This document shows positions 61,984-64,000 of a stretch of DNA of 64,000 bases, in pieces (the stretch's first letter is position 1; the number at the start of each line of letters is the position of its first letter). The translations under genes were made by a program, and so were the position numbers. The notes under the pieces are model-generated. The model ran no database searches. It saw nothing but the letters and a program-made list of their open reading frames with translations, and was not told the origin of the DNA. Source of the stretch: Octopus vulgaris (lineage: Eukaryota). Location of the stretch: assembly GCA_951406725.2 (NCBI GenBank), contig OX597815.1:205282001-205346000 (forward strand). The letters are read 5' to 3'.

Positions 61984-63385
61984 ATATATATATATATATA
62001 TCATCATCATCATCATCGTCGTTTAACGTCCGTTCTCCATGCTAGCATGGGTTGGACGGTTCGACCGGGATCTGGGAAGCCAGAAGGCTGCACCAGGCTC
62101 CAGTCTTATCTGGCAGTGTTTCTACAGCTGGATGCCCTTCCTAATGCCAACCACTCCGTGAGTGTAGTGGGTGCTTTTTACGTGCCACCTGCACAGGTGC
62201 CAGGCGAGGCTGGCAACGGCCACGGTCGGATTGGTGTATTTTATGTGCCACCGGCACGGAAGCCAGTGGGGCGGCACTGGCATCGGCCACGAGTCGGATA
62301 GTGCTTTTTACGTACCACCAGACCAGGGAACCTGGCTGGTTCGATTCGATTTCGCTTGCCCCAACATGTCTTCGCAAGCAAGGGGGTTGGCATGGGTGCC
62401 TGTCGTACGGTCAGATTGGTGTATTTTACGTGCCACCGGCACAGAAGCCAGTGGAGGCGGCGCTGGCATCGGCCACGAGTCGGATAGTGCTTTTTACGTA
62501 CCACCAGACCAGGGATCCTGGCTGGTTCAATTCGATTTTGACTTCGATTTCGATTTCGCTTGCCCCAACATGTCTTCGCAAGCAAAGGGGGGTTGGCATG
62601 GGTGCCTGTCGTCGGATGAGGTTCTATATCGACTTCGCTTGCCTCAACAGGTCTTTGTGTCCAAGGGAGGAAAGGCATTCATAAGTGGGCTGGGCTCACT
62701 TGTCCTGCCTGGTCTTCTCACGTACAGAATATTTCCAAAGGTCTCGGTCGCTGGTCATTTCCTCAGTGAGGCCTAAAGTTCGAAGGTCGTGCTTCACCAC
62801 CTCGTCCCAGGTTTTCCTGGGTCTACCTCTTCCACGGGTTCCCTCAACTGCTAAGGATTGGCACTTTCTCACACACCTATCTTCATCCATTCTCGCCACA
62901 TGACCATACCAGCGCAATCGTCTCTCTTGCACACCACAACTGATGCCTCTTAGGTACAACATTTCTCTCAAGGTGCTAACGCTCTGTCGAGTATGTACAC
63001 TGACATTACACATCCATCGGAGCATACTGGCTTCATTCCTCACGAGCTTACGCATATCCTCGGCAGTCACGGCCCATGTTTCACTGCCATGTAGCATGGC
63101 TGTTCGTACACGCGCATCATACAGTCTGCCTTTTACTCTGAGCGAGATATATATATATATATATATGTATATGTATATATATATGTATACGTCTGTGTAT
63201 ATGTTTGTGTCTGTTTGTCCCCTCCCCAGCTGGTGTGTTTACATCCCTGTAACTTAGCGGCCCTCAAAAGACACCGATAGAATAAATACTAGGCTTACAA
63301 AGAAAAAGCTCTGGGGTCAATTTGCTCGAGTATAAAGGCGGTGCTCCAGCATGGCCGCAATCAAATGACTGAAACAAGTAAAAGA
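61322..63385 (+). mobile_element. Probably one SINE family A copy split at its internal microsatellite (5' part 61322-61460, 3' part about 63190-63385)
   Basis: The two halves are in the correct order and orientation, separated by (TA)n tracts that contain two other elements. Confidence 0.65.
62001..63145 (-). mobile_element. 5'-truncated RTE LINE with intact C-terminal ORF segment and full 3' UTR
   Basis: ORF 62696-63097 reads 'LHGSETWAVTAEDMRKL...ERRLRWYGHVARM...GRGRPRKTW' and is open to the truncation point. The UTR has an internal ~185-bp duplication; (cat)n tail present. Confidence 0.95.
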
Positions 63386-63784
63386 GCAAAAATATACAGG
63401 CATGGGTTGGACAGTGTGACAGTTCAAATACAGTTTTGTGTCTTAAGTTCAAATTCTGCCAAGATAAAGTTTGCTTATCATTCTTTTGAGGTCAATAACA
63501 TAAGTACCAGCCAAGCACTGGGGTCAATGTATTTGATTAACCACCCACCTCGCTCAAAATGTTTGGCCTTGTACTAGTTGCAGAAGGATATTTATATATT
63601 GTTATATATGTATTACTTTAATGTGTTGTCATGCTCATGTTACTATGTGTGTTGTTTGCATATGACTGCTTCTATGCAAGTGTTATTTATAGCTGCTGTT
63701 ATTTATGTTTATGTTAGCAATTGAAAAGGTATATGATAAATATGTTGTGTATATGGTAAATTTTTATACAAATATCCTATACTC

Positions 63785-64000
63785 TCTTTCTCTTTTTTAC
63801 TCTTTTTCTTGTTTAAGTCATTTGACTGCGGCCATGCTGGAGCACCGCCTTTAGTCGAGCAACTCGACCCCGGGACTTATTCTTTGTAAGCCCAGTACTT
63901 ATTCTATCGGTCTCTTTTGCCGAACCGCTAAGTGACGGGGACGTAAACACACCAGCATCAGTTGTCAAGCAATGCTAGGGGGACAAACACAGACACACAA
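63785..64000 (-). mobile_element. SINE family A, 3' half (runs off the window)
   Basis: Family A 3' sequence. Confidence 0.9.

Overview
Repeat-dominated, AT-rich eukaryotic DNA, very probably a cephalopod (Octopus). The basis is recognition of the tRNA-derived SINE families, the RTE LINE with (GAT)n tails and the very high microsatellite density; no database search was run. No complete host protein-coding gene, rRNA, tRNA gene or CRISPR array is visible, and most ORF-track entries are microsatellite or SINE artefacts. Identifiable content: three tRNA-derived SINE families; many RTE 3' ends; a near full-length decayed Tx1/L1-group LINE (about 48.1-54.9 kb) carrying four nested insertions; a mariner interrupted by a foldback element; four non-autonomous Helitrons plus a RepHel relic; Merlin-like MITEs with internal telomere-type repeats; hAT, R4/Dong, CR1 and LTR relics; and a 1.2 kb near-perfect palindrome with a degenerate hammerhead-like motif. 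There is weak evidence for the 5' part of a minus-strand host gene (TATA/Inr near 15.8 kb, candidate exons at 5161-5261 and 1250-1295). I could not demonstrate a new biological system. The best leads are the palindromic element, microsatellites acting as TE landing pads, and SINE self-targeting.
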